This document shows positions 1 to 15,769 of a DNA stretch of 64,000 nt, in pieces. Below the pieces are notes generated by a model that worked only from the letters and a program-made list of their open reading frames with translations, searched no databases and was not told the DNA's origin. The stretch is from the human T2T-CHM13v2.0 reference genome, Homo sapiens. Numbering within the stretch: position 1 is the first letter of the stretch; every line of letters starts with the position of its first letter. Location: NCBI RefSeq assembly GCF_009914755.1, contig NC_060933.1; one strand, written 5' to 3'. Both the position numbers and the translations under genes were made by a program.

Positions 1-249
1 TATCAGAAACGAGATATGACAATAAATGCTCTAAAATAAGGGATTGGGGAAGATTAGGAATTAGAGTTGGTTAAACTACAGCTTTTTACAATTTTCTGGC
101 AGAAGGGACCTTCTTTTAATCCAGAATTGGAATAATTCAACAAGTTTCCTGAAGTCATAAAACAGGTAGAAGAAAGAGAGAAGTCTAGTCTAGATTATAG
201 AAAAATATTTACTATACAGGATCATGTACTCAAATACTTTACTCATTAG

Positions 250-548
<299 letters not shown>

Positions 549-1399
549 TCTAAAAGTTCTTTGTACCTTCCACTATGTATCCTCTACCGTGTTCCTAGAG
601 CATTGTTAGAGAAAGTTACAATATAAAGACCTAGTGTGTTAAAGGTTTTACTTTCACTAAGTCCCTAGAACTGCTTCTAAATCCTTAGATTTATCTTACT
701 GTTTCAATATCCATTGCCAGCATTGGCTATTCCAAGCTTCTCTTTAAGTCTTCCATCCCACTGTACAACCAGCAAATGGTTGCAACTTCATGGAAACTGA
801 GACCTTCTTTTTCTCTCTTCCTGCTTTTTCCCATCAATTTAACCTTCCCTCCAGTTTCAGGCTAGCCAGCTCCTTCCAAGACCAAACAATCCCTCCAACT
901 GCGCTCTTTATCGCATCCTCTCCCAGAGCTCTTTCCAGGACTCTACTCTGCCCACTCCCATTGTCCCCCTACTTGAGCCTTTTCAAGCTTTCACTCTTTA
1001 CAGAATTTACCTTCAAATATGCATTGGGTCTCTCACAATTCTCTGTTTAGTCTCCTGTTCCATTTAACTAGCATTTATTTTCTAAATAAAATTTCTCAAA
1101 CAAAAATACAGACTGCCTCCTTTTCTTCACCACGTTTTCTTCTTAATGCTCTGCAATCTTTTCTAAACTCTACTAAAAATGCTCTCTCAAAAGTTACTAA
1201 CCCAAAACAAAACAATAGCCTTCTCAGGCCATATTCTGCTTAACTATTTTGCAGCATGTGACATACTGATACCCCTTCCTCTTTGAAACTCTTTCTTTGG
1301 TCTCCACGTCATTGGATAAATCCATGAGCATTTACTGAGGATTTTACTATGATCAAGTCCTCTCCTTATGCTTCCACTTCCACATGGCAGATCATTTTG

Positions 1400-1590
1400 G
1401 TTCCCAATGAATCCAGGGAGAGACAAGTCTCAGCTACTCCAGTCATCCCCATCAAGGCCCCAAACATATGGGTGAGGCCATTTTTAGATCCTCCAGCTGT
1501 AGCCAATCTACCAATACAGCCAGAGTAAGCCCAAGAGAGACCAGGAGAAGAACCATCAGAATGAGAAATAAATCATTGTTATTGTTTTCA
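1400..1590 (+). mobile_element. Old ERVL-MaLR (MLT1-like) LTR fragment
   Basis: ggccccaaacatatgggtgaggccattttt ... atgagaaataaatcattgttattgtttt resembles MLT1 3' ends. Confidence 0.5.
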
Positions 1591-2458
1591 GACACTAATA
1601 TGAAGAATGAAGGAGAAGACATCACTACGGGGAATATTATGCATAACTCTATGCACATAAATTCAACAACTTTGATGAAATGGACCAATCTCTTGGAAAC
1701 CAAGCTATCAAAACCTAATTCAGATTACCTTAATGGTCCTATACCTATTAAAGAAATAGAATTTATAGTTTAAAACCTTCCAAAAGAGAAATCTCCAGGC
1801 CCAGATGGCGTCACTGGAGAATTCTACTAAGCATTTTAATAAGAAATAACATCAATTCTATAAAATGTCTTCCAGATAACAGAAGAGGTACGAATCCTTT
1901 CCAATTAATTCTATAAGGACAGCATTATTTTGACATCAAAACCAGATAAAAACATTACAAGAAAACTACAGAACAATATTCCTTGTGAACATCTTGGATC
2001 AAAAACCTCTCAACAAAATAACCAGTAATATATAAACAACAAATTGAACCCAGCAATATATAAAAAGATTAAGTGGGATTTATTCCAGAAATACTGGTTT
2101 GACACTTGAAAACTAATCAGTGCAATCCATCCTGTTAGCAGACTAAAGAAAAATGCCATCTCATCTCAACTGATGCAAGAAAAGATTTTAAAAAATTAAC
2201 ATCCATTCATGGGAGAAGTGCCCAGAAAACTATGAATAGAAGGAAACTTTCTCAGCCTAATAAAGGGTATCTATGAAGAAACTACATTTAACATTATACT
2301 TCATAGTGAGAGACTAATTACTTTCTCCCAAGATCAGGAACAAGGCAAGAATGTCCTCTCTTGCCACTCCTATTCAAAATCATATTAGAAGTCCTAGACA
2401 GTGGAATAAGGCAAGGAAAAGAAAGAAATGGTCTTCAGATCAAAAAAGAAACAAAACT

Positions 2459-2790
2459 GGGCCAGGGGTAGTAGCTCGACACGTATAAAATCCCAGCTCT
2501 TTGGAAGGCCAAGGTGGGAGGATTACATGAATCCAGGAGTTCAAGACCAGCCTAGGCAACATAGTGAGACCCCATCTCTACAGAAAAATAAATAAATAAA
2601 TAAATAAATAAATAAAAAGCCAGGAATGGTGGCACATGCCTGTAGTCTCGGCTATTCCTGGGGCTGAGATGGAAGGATCACTTGAGCCCAGGAGGTCAAG
2701 GCAGTAGTGAGCCATGATCACACCACTCTACTCCAGCCTGTGTAACAGAATGAGACCCTGTCTCAATAAATACATAAACAAATAAATACT
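2459..2790 (+). mobile_element. AluJ-like with (AAAT)n linker
   Basis: Diverged dimeric Alu; (aaat)n at about 2586-2614. Confidence 0.85.
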
Positions 2791-2872
2791 GTCTCTATTC
2801 ACAGATAACATGAAAGCTTATGTAGAAAAAAATGTTTATTACAAAAATTCCTAGAACTAATAAATGACATTA

Positions 2873-3265
<393 letters not shown>

Positions 3266-3829
3266 TTAATACCACTTAGAATAGCTCCAAAAATATGAAA
3301 TACTTACATACAAAATTAACGTGTATGACCTTTATGCTAAAAACTACAAAACATGAAAAAAGAAACAAAAAGATCTAAAAATATGGAAGACATAATGCAA
3401 ACAATTAGATCTATAGATTTAATAAATCCCAATCAAAATCCCAGAAGGATTTTTTATAGATATTAACAAATTGATTCTAAAATATATGTGAAAAAGCAAA
3501 GAAACCTCAATAGCCAAATAACAACAAAGCTGGAGGACTCACAATAATTGATTTCAAGACTTACTATAAAGCTATAGTAATCAAGACATGGTGTTATTGG
3601 TAAAAAGAAAAAAGAAAAAACCTACACAAAAGCCAATGGAATAGAGAGCCCAGAAATAAACCCTCAGAAATATCTAACAAATTTAATTTTTGACAAGATG
3701 AAAAGGCAATTCAATGGAGAAAGGATGCTTTTTTTTTTTTAAATAAATGGTGTTGGTACAGTTGGACATCCATAAACAAAAGATTAAAACTTGACATAAA
3801 CCACACCTTGTATAAAAATTAACTCAATA

Positions 3830-4139
<310 letters not shown>

Positions 4140-4720
4140 TCAACATGGATCATAGCCCTAAATGTAAAATGTAAAACTATAACACTTCTAGAAGAAAACA
4201 CAGAAGAAAATATGATTGACCTTGCATTAGGCAAAGAGCTTACAAATAAAACACCAAAAGTAAAATCCATAAAAGAAAAATGTATAAGTTGGACTTTATT
4301 AAAATGAAATACTTTGTTCTTCAAAAGACTGCTAAGAAAATAAAAACACAGCCATAGACTGGGAGAAAATACTTGCAAATCACATTTCTGTCAAAGCACT
4401 TGCATCAAGAATATATAAAGAACCCTGAAAACCCAACAATAAGGAAATAATGCAATTTAAAAATGGAGAAAAGATCTAGAAACTTTACCAAAGAAGATAT
4501 ATGTACGACAAATAAGCACTTGAAAAGGTACCCAATATCTTTCATTAGGAAAATACAAATTAAAACCAAAATGACATACTACTACACATCTAAGAGAATG
4601 GCAAATTTCAAAAAACTGTCAATACCAAATACCACAATGCTGAGGAAGTAGAACTCTAGTACAATGTTGATGGGAATGCTTGAAAAATAATTTGACAGTT
4701 TCTTTCTTTCTTCTCTCTCT

Positions 4721-5268
<548 letters not shown>

Positions 5269-5449
5269 TGAGTTCACACATAAGTGTAACTGAATGTTTA
5301 TAGCAGCTTTATTCATAATCACCAAACATTGGAAATAACCCAAATGTCCTTCGACTGGTGAATGGCTAAACCATGGTCCTTTTTATATTACATATGAGAA
5401 TATTTTTACACGTCAGAATCTATGTCTGATCTATTAAGTGGACCTAGTC

Positions 5450-6129
<680 letters not shown>

Positions 6130-6296
6130 TTATCCTTCTTTACATTTCTTTAGTTGTTCATAGTTACTAATGTTTCCACCTAAACTTTATTGCCACATTC
6201 CCTCCAAAAATATTCCCATTGTAATTTCCCCAGTAATTCCATTTATCCTAAAAATTAATGCATCAATAACTGGCAGCTTTACAATATTCAATTTTC

Positions 6297-6421
6297 AGCC
6301 AGGCACAGTGGCTCTGGCCTGCATTCCCAGCACTTTGGGAGGCCAAGGCAGACAGATCACTTGAGTCCACAAGTTCAGCCTGGGCAACATGGCAAAACCG
6401 GTTCCATCTCTACAAAAAAAA
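6297..6421 (+). mobile_element. Alu left monomer (FLAM-like)
   Basis: Single monomer ending ctctacaaaaaaaa. Confidence 0.75.
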
Positions 6422-6899
6422 CTTCAATTTTCCCATCTATGAGCACTAACATGTGTCTCCACTTATTCAGTCTTCTTTTATATCAGTGAAATTTTATAAC
6501 TTAAAAAATATGTATATGAGTTTCATACATATCTTGTTATGATGACTTTTAAACTTTTTATCATTAGTAGTAGTGGTGGCAGTAGTGGTTACAACTGTGA
6601 TTTTTTTTTCCATTGTATCTTCTAATCAATATTAGTAATAATCATTCAATTAGATTTTTTGAGATATCCATACAGACATTTTGATGAACTCTCTTATTGT
6701 TTCTAATGGTATTCCCCTTGATTTTCTTGAGTAAGATTTCTGTTTTTAAGTTACATGATTATGAGATCTTCCATTAAAGGTCATATCTTATCTGGCTAAC
6801 AACAGATATAATTCTGGGTTTCCTCCACAACAGCTTGTGATAAAATACAGCAAACTGTTTCATACAACTGCTTATCTTAATCCCTAGGTAAACCTTATT

Positions 6900-7135
6900 A
6901 CTATTATAATAAAAATAATTGTCATTTACTATGATCTACTAACTATGTCTCGGACTTTGTTGCACATTTTACTTGCATGAATACTTAGCTTTACAACAAC
7001 CTTGCAACTGTAGAGACTGCAAGTCCCAGTTTATTAAGAGGAAAACTAAAACTTAGAGAAGCTAAGTGCTTGCCCAAGACCAGAGTTAGCGGGTAAGTGG
7101 TTGAGACAACATTCACATCCAGGTTTATCTTACGT
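6900..7135 (-). mobile_element. MIR
   Basis: gaggaaaactaaaacttagagaagctaagtgcttgcccaag core. Confidence 0.65.
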
Positions 7136-7265
7136 CAATACCCTTCCTCATTTCACTTCACTTCACCACTTCTTCCTTTAAAAGAAGGGGAGGAGATAAG
7201 GAGCAAAAAGAAGAAGAAATTCTACCTAATACTATTAAATGCAGTTGTGTTTTCTTTTCTTTTCG

Positions 7266-7575
<310 letters not shown>

Positions 7576-8617
7576 ATTTTTTTTCCAATCTGTTTTTCTG
7601 TAAGCAAGTGAAATCAAATCAAATGATTACCAAATGGTGTGGGGTAGGAGGGAAGCAGTTGCTCAAGCTACAAAATAAATTATCAATTGGCAACACCTTG
7701 CATTTGTTTTCAGCTGGTACACCTTAACATACTGTTCAAAGCCAAAGACACAATCATGAGTTAGTATTTGTCATCCATTTATTTTATTCAAATGCACTCT
7801 CATAACTAAAACAATACAAGTATCTCTCTAAAAGAAATGTGCTAATTTGGGATCAAGAGTTCTGGATATGGACTATACTAAGCTATCAAACTTCTATTTG
7901 AACCTAGGCAAAACACTTATCTTTTTGTGCCACCACTTTTCCATTAGTATACATTTTTCAAAGTTTTGAAAAAACTAATTTTGCCACTTAGTAAGAGTTA
8001 ATTGTTCATGTTTCGAGAGTATATTTTATTTTTTGTACCCATTAACCATCCCCACCTCCCTTCCATGCAACCCCCGACTACTCTTCCCAGACTCTAGTAA
8101 ATATCTTTCTATTCTCTATCTCTATGAGTTCAATTGTTTTAACTTTTAGGTCCCACAAATAAGTGAGAACATGCAATATTTAACTTTCTGTGCCTGGCTT
8201 ATTTCACTTAACATAATTACCTCTAGTTGTTGTTGTTGCAAATCCATGTTGTTGCAAATGACAGGATCTTATTCTGTTTTATGGATGAATAGTACTCCAT
8301 TGTGTATATGCACCACATTTACTTTATCCATTAGTCTGTTGATGGATACTTGGGTTGCTTCCAAATCTTGGCTATTATGAACAGTTGCTGCAACAAACAT
8401 GGGAATGCAAATATTCCTCGATATATGGATTTCCTTTGAGTATATATCCAGCAGTGAGATTGATGGATTGTATTGTAGCTCTAATTTTAGTTTACTGAGG
8501 AACCTCTAAACAGTTCTCCATAGTGGTTGTACTAATTTACCCTCCCACCAACACTATACAAGATTTCCCTTTCTCCACATCCTCACCAGCATTTATTACT
8601 GTCTGACTTGTGGGGGA

Positions 8618-8920
8618 TTTTTTTGTTTGTTTTTCTGAGACAGAGTCTCACTGTGTCGCCCAGGGTGGAATGCAGTAGCATGATCTTGGCTCACTGCAAC
8701 CTCTGCCTCCCGGGTTCAAGGAATTCTCATGCCTCAGCCTCCTGAACAGCTGGGATTACAGGTGTGCACCACCATACCTGGCTAATTTTTTTGTATTTCA
8801 GTAGAGATGGGGTTTTGCCATGTTGGCCATGCTGGTCTCGAACTCCTGGCCTGAAGTGATCCACCTGCCTCGGCCTCCCAAAGTGCTGGGATTACAGGTG
8901 TGAGCCACTGCATTCAGCCT
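8618..8920 (-). mobile_element. AluS
   Basis: Full antisense dimer. Confidence 0.9.
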
Positions 8921-8998
8921 GACTTTGTATTTTTAAATAGCCTGTCTTCATGTTCACTAGTTCTTCTGCTTAATCAATTCTACTATTAAGAGACTCTG

Positions 8999-9780
8999 GC
9001 TGAACAGACACATGAAAAAAGGCTCATCATCACTGGCCATCAGAGAAATGCAAATCAAAACCACAATGAGATACCATCTCACACCAGTTACAATGGCGAT
9101 CATTAAAAAGTCAGGAAACAACAGGTGCTGGAGAGGATGTGGAGAAATAGGAACACTTTTACACTGTTGGTGGGACTGTAAACTAGTTCAACGATTTTAG
9201 AAGACAGTGTGGCAATTCCTCAAGGATCTAGAACTAGAAATACCATTTGACCCAGCCATCTCATTACTGGGTATATAACCAAAGGATTATAAATCATGCT
9301 GCTATAAAGACACATGCACACATTTATTTTTGCGGCACTATTCACAATAGCAAAGACTTGGAACCAACCTAAATGTCCATCAATGATAGAATGGATTAAG
9401 AAAATGTGGCACATATACACCATGGAATACTATGCAGCCATAAAAAATGATGAGTTCATGTCCTTTGTAGGGACACAGATGAAGCTAGAAACCATCATTC
9501 TGAGCAAACTATCACAAGGACAGAAAACCAAACACCGCATGTTCTCACTCATATGTGGGAATTGAACAATGAGAACACTTGGACACAGGATGGGGAACAT
9601 CACACACCGGGGCCTGTTGAGGGGTCGGGGGAGGGGGAAGGGATTGCATTAGGAGACATACTTAATGTAAATGACGAGTTAATGGGTGCACCACACCAAC
9701 ATGGCACATGTATACATATGTGACAAACCTGATCGTTGTGCACATGTACCCTAGAACTTAAAGTATAATTTAAAAAAAAA
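8999..9780 (+). mobile_element. 5'-truncated primate L1PA (about L1PA4-6) 3' end
   Basis: ORF2 C-terminal peptides [17 protein letters not shown] and WNQPKCPSM; G-rich 3' UTR; ends cctagaacttaaagtataat plus A tail. Confidence 0.93.
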
Positions 9781-9802
9781 GAGAGAGAGACAGAGAGACT
9801 CT

Positions 9803-10101
9803 GGCCAGCGCAGTGGCTCATGTCTGTAATCCCAGCACTATGGGAGGCTGATGCAGGCAGATCACCTGAGGCCAGGAGTTTGAGACCAGCCTGGCCAACA
9901 TAGTGAAACCCCGTCTCTACTAAAAATACAAAAATTAGCCGGGTGTGGTGGCAAGCACTTGTAATCCCAGCTACTCAGGAGGCTGAGGCAGGAGAATCAC
10001 CTGAACCCAGGAGGCGGAGGTTGCAGTGAGCCAAGATTGTGCCACTGCACTCCAGCCTGGGTGACAGAGTGAGACTCCGTCTCAAAAAAAAAAAAAAAAA
10101 A
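9803..10101 (+). mobile_element. AluS
   Basis: Full dimer flanked by agagactctg on both sides. Confidence 0.9.
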
Positions 10102-12719
10102 GAGAGAGACTCTGATGCATTCTTCAGCATGTCAATTGCACTTCCAACTCTAGAATTTCTGTTATTTTTACTTATTTCAATTTCTGTTAAACGTCTCTAA
10201 TAGAATTCTGACTTCCTTCTCTGTTTTATCTTGAATTTGAGTTTCCTCAAAACAGCTATTTTGAATTCTCTGTTTGAAAGTTCATATATTTCTGTTTCTC
10301 CAGGATTGGTCCCTGGTGCCTTATTTAGTTCATCTGATGAGGTCATGTTTTCCTGGATGGTGTTGATACGTGTAGATATTCACTGGTGTCTAGGCATTGA
10401 AGAGTTAGGTATTTATTGTAGTCTCCACAGTCTGGGCTTGTGTGTGCCTCTCCTTCTTGGGAAGGCTTTCCAGGTATTCGAAGGGACTTGGGCCCCAAAT
10501 GCAGTAACACTGGTTTTTGCAGACTTATACAGGTACCGCCTTGTTGGTCCTGGATAAGATCTGGAATTCTGTGGATTACCAAGCAGAAACTCTTATTCTT
10601 TACCCTTACCATCTCCCAAATAAATGAAGTCTCTCTCCCTGTGCTGAGCCACCTGAAACTGGGGGTGTGGTAACGCATGCACCCCTGTGGCCACCACCAC
10701 TGGGACTGCACTGGGTCAGACCTGAAGCCACCACAGCACTGGATCTCTCCCAAGGCCCTTCCCTTCAGGGCGGCAAGCTCCCCTAGACCCTGGATGTATC
10801 CAGAGATGTTGTCTGGGAGCCAGGGATAGAAGTAAAAAGTCTTAGCAGTTTACCTGATGTTCTATTCTACTGTGGCTAAGCTGGCACTCGCGCCACAATA
10901 CAAAGTCCTTCTCACTCTTCCCCCCTTTCCACAGGCACAGGAGCCTCTTCCTGTGGCCACCACCACCACTGGTTCTGCCAGGCCACTGTCGATGTTCATT
11001 TAAGGCCCAAGGGCTCTTCCATCAGCTTGTGGTGAATGCTGCCAGGCCTGGGACTCTGTTTTCCAGGCAGCAGGCTCCCCTGTGGCCAAGGGCAGGTCCA
11101 GAAATGCTGCCTAAGAGCCTAGGCCTAGGCTCCCTAGAGTCAGGGACCTCAAGAGCCCATTTATTGCTCTATCCTACCATAGATGAGCTGGTACTTAAGG
11201 TGCCAAAGTCCCCTTTACCTTTCCCTCTGCTTTTCTCAAACAGAAGGAGTCTTTCACCATAGCCACCACAGCTGGGAATGTGCTGGGTCGCCTCTGAAGC
11301 CAGCACATCTCAGAGCCCACGGCCCCACAGTGTCCTCCCTGGCTACTGCTGCTGGTTATTCAGGGCCCAAGGGCTCTTTAGTCAGTAGGTGATGAATGCC
11401 GCCAGGACTGGGTCCTTCCCTTGAAGGCGGCAGATTCCCTTTTGGCACAGGGTGTGTCTAGAAATGTTGTCTGGGAGCTAGGTCCTGGAATGGGGGCCTC
11501 ACAGCTCTGCTTGATACCCTATACTACTGTGGCTGAGCTTGTATCCAAGATGCAAGACAAAGTCCGCTTTACTCTTTGCATCCTCTCCTTAAACAAAAGG
11601 AAGGAGTCACTTTTGTTGCTGCGAGATGCACTGCCTGGGGTTGGCGGAGGGATGGCACAAGACAAGTTTACTTATATGTGCATTTCTTTTTATAATAAAA
11701 ATGGGTTATGTGCCTAATGAAAAAAAAAAAGAATGCATTTGACTCTATCAGGCCACTATCAAATTTAGTATGTGTAATACTAAAATAATTAACCAAGTAC
11801 TGCCTAGAAGGCTTAAGAGTATTCTATCCTAATTACCATATACCTATTAATATAGAGTAGCTGTTATGTTGGTAACTATTCTTCAATTTATATGGGCTTT
11901 TTGATTTACAGCATTATCACAATATCCCAAGTCCAAGGGGAGGCAGGGACAGGGAGAGCAAACACGGAAACTGAATTTGAATAACTTGAAATCCAGCTCC
12001 AGGCCACAGTAGAGGAAGATTAGTTTATGAAGTAAAGGGACTTGGGTGCAAATCTGAATCCGTTGTTTATAGCTCTGCAATCTCAAATGTCATGTCCTCT
12101 TTGTAAAGACTTTTCTTAAAATTAGAGTAATGAACCTTACAAGGATGTTTTCAGAATTAGAAGATACAAGGCAAAACAACAACAACAAGCAACAACAACA
12201 AAAAACACCTATGACAGTGGCCTTTCTCTACCCTACATTTTTATTATAAGCAATCTGTTTGGCAAAGTAGCATCCTTAGATGTTACTACAGATTGCAAAA
12301 ATTAAAAACTAAAAGGGATCATCAGAGGCCTATTAATGAATTCAAAATACCCAAAATAATTCATTAATGCCTGATTAAGGCTTAATCTTATAGGTAATAT
12401 AACAGAAAGCATAAGAAGAAAATAACTTCAATTTCAAGTACTGCCAATTGCTTCTGAGGTTGGGACCAGATTTGCCTTACTGTCCCTGTTTACAGAGAGG
12501 CCAGATGAGCAACTTAAAGGTTAGAACTATTTGCTCATTGTAATGCCTGGAAAATTCATTCAGAGAAAAGTAGTACAAAGAGAACAAAAGGAAAGGTCAG
12601 TTTAAAAATGCTATCCTAAGGTGTGCAGTGGTATAACCTAGGAACTATTTGCCAATATTCAAAAAAGGGAAGGTTGGTTCCACATTTTGTAGTTTCACAT
12701 TCATCCCCAACCAATTCTT

Positions 12720-13030
12720 ACACACACACACACACACACGCACACACATATATTTGAAACAGGGTCTTCTCTGCCACCCAAGCTGGAGTGTAGTGGCATG
12801 ATTATGGTCCACTGTAGATCACCCAGGCTCAGGCCATCCTCCTACCTCAGCGTCCCGAGTAGCTGGGACTACAGGAGCAAGCCACCATCCCCAGCTAATG
12901 TTTTTATTTTTTGTAGAGACAGGATCTTGCTATGTTAACCAGGCTGGTCTCAAACTCCTGGGCCCAAGTGATGCTCCCACCTCAGCTTCCAAAGTGCTGG
13001 GATTACAGCCATGAGCCACCGCACCCAGCC
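12720..13030 (-). mobile_element. AluJ-like preceded by (CA)n
   Basis: (ca)n at 12720-12749, then antisense Alu. Confidence 0.85.
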
Positions 13031-13289
13031 CTTACACATAGTATTAAATGAATATTTTGTAGATTACTAGGAATAAATATATATTTGCTTACAAAGTTAT
13101 GCCATACTATCTTGGGAAAATACATGGGGCATATGGAGAAGAGTGAGTAGAGAAAATGTACTTGTTATGGTTGCAGCAAAGACTAATAGGGAGGAATAGG
13201 AGAATATACATATTAGAAAGGTATATTAGGGCCCTGAACTGCAGTCTAAAGAGTCTGCATTTCATCCAACATGGAATGATTCCCCAAAG

Positions 13290-13445
13290 AAGGTTCTGGT
13301 ACCACCAGCCTCAAAATCACCTGGAGAGTACAGTAACACACTGATTCCTGGGTCCCATCCTAGGCCGACTGAATAGAAATCTCTGGTGGGGGTACTAAGG
13401 AATATGCATTTTTACATAGTTCAAAATTCATTCTGATTTACCCAA
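13290..13445. mobile_element. MER5A-like hAT-Charlie remnant
   Basis: aatcacctggagag...gattcctgggtcccatcc...actgaatagaaatctctgg...tgcatttttaca. Confidence 0.6.
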
Positions 13446-13472
13446 AAAGTTGGCCATAAGCCAAAGGGAACG

Positions 13473-13840
13473 AAATGGTTTGGCTGTGAACCCACCCAAA
13501 TCTCATCTCAAATTGTAATCCTCATAATCTCCATGTGTTGAGGGAGGGACCAGATGGGAGGTGATTGGATCACAGGGGCAGTTTCCCTCATGCTCTTCTA
13601 GTGATAGTGAGTGAGTTCTCACAAGATCTGATGGTTTTATAAGGCAGTTTTCCCTGCTCTTGCTAGCTCTCTTTCCTGCCGCCATGTGAAGAAGGTCTTT
13701 GCTTCTCCTTCGGCTTCTGCCATGATTGTAAGTTTCCTGAGGCCTCCCCAGGCATGTGGAACTGTGAGTCAATTAAACCTCATTTCTTTATAAATTACCC
13801 AGTCTCAAGTAGTTCTTTATAGCAGTTTGAAAACTGGCAG
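13473..13840 (+). mobile_element. ERVL-MaLR solo LTR (THE1D/MSTA-like)
   Basis: atggtttggctgtg...cccaaatctcatc ... ccatgattgtaagtttcctgaggcctcccc ... aattacccagtctc. Confidence 0.9.
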
Positions 13841-13845
13841 TGTGA

Positions 13846-14070
13846 AGCCTGGGCAACATGGTAAAACTCTGTCTCTACTTAAAATACAAAAAATTAGCCA
13901 GGTGTGGGGGCACACACCTGCAGTCCCAGCTACTCAGGAGGCTGAGGCAGAAGGATCATCTAAGCCTGGGAAGTTGAGGCTGCAGTGAGCCATGATCATA
14001 TCACTGCACTCCAACATGGACAACAGGAGTGAGACCCTGCTTCAAAAAAAAACCCCAAAACAAACAAAAA
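13846..14070 (+). mobile_element. 5'-truncated AluJ-like
   Basis: Starts at gcctgggcaacatgg; A-rich tail. Confidence 0.8.
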
Positions 14071-14978
14071 ACTTACAAGGAAAAAAATTTAAAAATAAAA
14101 TAAAATCCAGGTATAAATACAAATAAAAATGTACAAGGAACCTATAAGATAGTTACAACCTTTACCATAGAGGGTATAAAATAAGAAAATAGAGGTACAG
14201 AGAAATTAATTTTCCCAAGGTCAGATGGTCATGACCATCTTTAAGAGCAGTGTGAAGAAAGGACTAGAGAAGGTAGACTAGGGCTACAGGTTTATTGACA
14301 AACTGTTGTAGCAATTTGACAGGAGAACCTGAATTTGGGCAGAGTCACTAGTAAAGGCTGCTTCTTCAAACATACAGATGGCACAGTAAGTAGGGTCTAT
14401 CTGTATATTATACACTGAAATTAAGTCTGCTTGCTTTCTGAATAAACACTCCAAGGTCGAAAATATACCTGTCTGCAGTTGTCTACAGTGCTAGAAGTTT
14501 AATAGATTTGCAGTTTTCTAGAAGCAAGTAAAATAGCTGAGCCTTGAGTCATTCCAAAGGACATTTTAAAATAACTACTTTTTTCTTTCAGAAGTCAAAG
14601 GGGGTTATCTTACTTTGTGTTCCCTATCTAATCCTCTTAATCCTCAAAACTTGTTGACAAATTCTTCCCACTCTCCTGCCACACTTCACTATTATCAAAC
14701 ACTTATACAGTATAAACACTGCTCCACACTGCAAGCTGTGAAATTCTTTGCTTTATCATCGTGACTAAGCATTTGAGTAACATTTTATATTCAAAAAGAA
14801 GGGCACAGTAGAGAAGAAATCCCTCTTCCAACACCACTGATCATTCCTGCTCTTGCACACGCCATTAGTGGAACTCAGCCACCTCCCTGCCAACACATAT
14901 ACGCCATGTATACACTAAGATCCTCAAAAGAAAACTGATGTTGAGAAGTCACAATACTAAAACAGATTGGAGGCTTCA

Positions 14979-15282
14979 TTTTTTTTTCTTTTTTTTTTTT
15001 GAGACGGAGTCTCGCTCTCTCTCCCAGTCTGGAGTGCAGTGGCACGATCTCGGCTCACTGCAAGCTCCACCTCCCAGGGTTCACGCCATTCTCCCGCCTC
15101 AGCTTCCTGAGTAGTTGGGACTACAGGCGCCCACCACCACGCCCAGCTAATTTTTTGTATTTTTAGTAGAGACAGGATTTCACCGTGTTAGCCAGGATGG
15201 TCTCGATCTCCTGACCTTGTGATCCACCCGCCTGGGCCTCCCAAAGTGCTGGGATTACAGGCGTAAGCCACCACACCCGGCC
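14979..15282 (-). mobile_element. AluY
   Basis: ccgtgttagccaggatggtctcgatctcc diagnostic; TSD ggaggcttcattttt. Confidence 0.9.
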
Positions 15283-15769
15283 GGGAGGCTTCATTTTTTA
15301 AATGCGATTTTGGAAGCATCAAGATGTTGAAGATTTTGTTCAAGGCTGCAAGCAATACAGACATAGGATTGCATTCCATGTTCCTGACATACTCCTAACC
15401 TGCTCATCACAATGTTTACATCAACATCATACTCTTGCACACTCCTTCAGAGAAAAATACAAAACACAACCGTCGAACTTCCTCTAATTATTGCCAAGGC
15501 ACTATTAGATGTTAACAATCTCGGATATTCTCAGAGACCAATGGTCAATAATATATCAAAAAAGAAATAATTTGGCTCCCTCCTCCCCTCCTGAAGTAAT
15601 AGTCTTGGAGAAACAGGCAATGTTAGATAAAATATCTAAGGGAAACAGACTATGGCTAAATGATATCTATTTCCACACTAGCAGAATTTGCCAATTCTTT
15701 CTACTTCACTTCTGATTTCATACATCCCATTCACTACTTTCTGTACCATTAAAAGCTATCACCACAGTC

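Larger units (their letters stand above)
8025..11660 (-). mobile_element. Antisense L1 (L1PB/L1MA-type): 3' end 8025-8610, ORF1 and 5' UTR 8921-8998 and 10105-11660; hosts nested Alus and an L1PA
   Basis: cccacaaataagtgagaacatgc and ttctccatagtggttgtactaattta (3' end); tcaattctactattaagagactctg|atgcattcttcag (ORF1) and repeated 5' UTR units ggcccaagggctctt. Confidence 0.85.

Noticed and set aside
9012-9565. L1 ORF2 peptides as an active element
   Set aside because: 5'-truncated 0.8-kb copy with broken frames.
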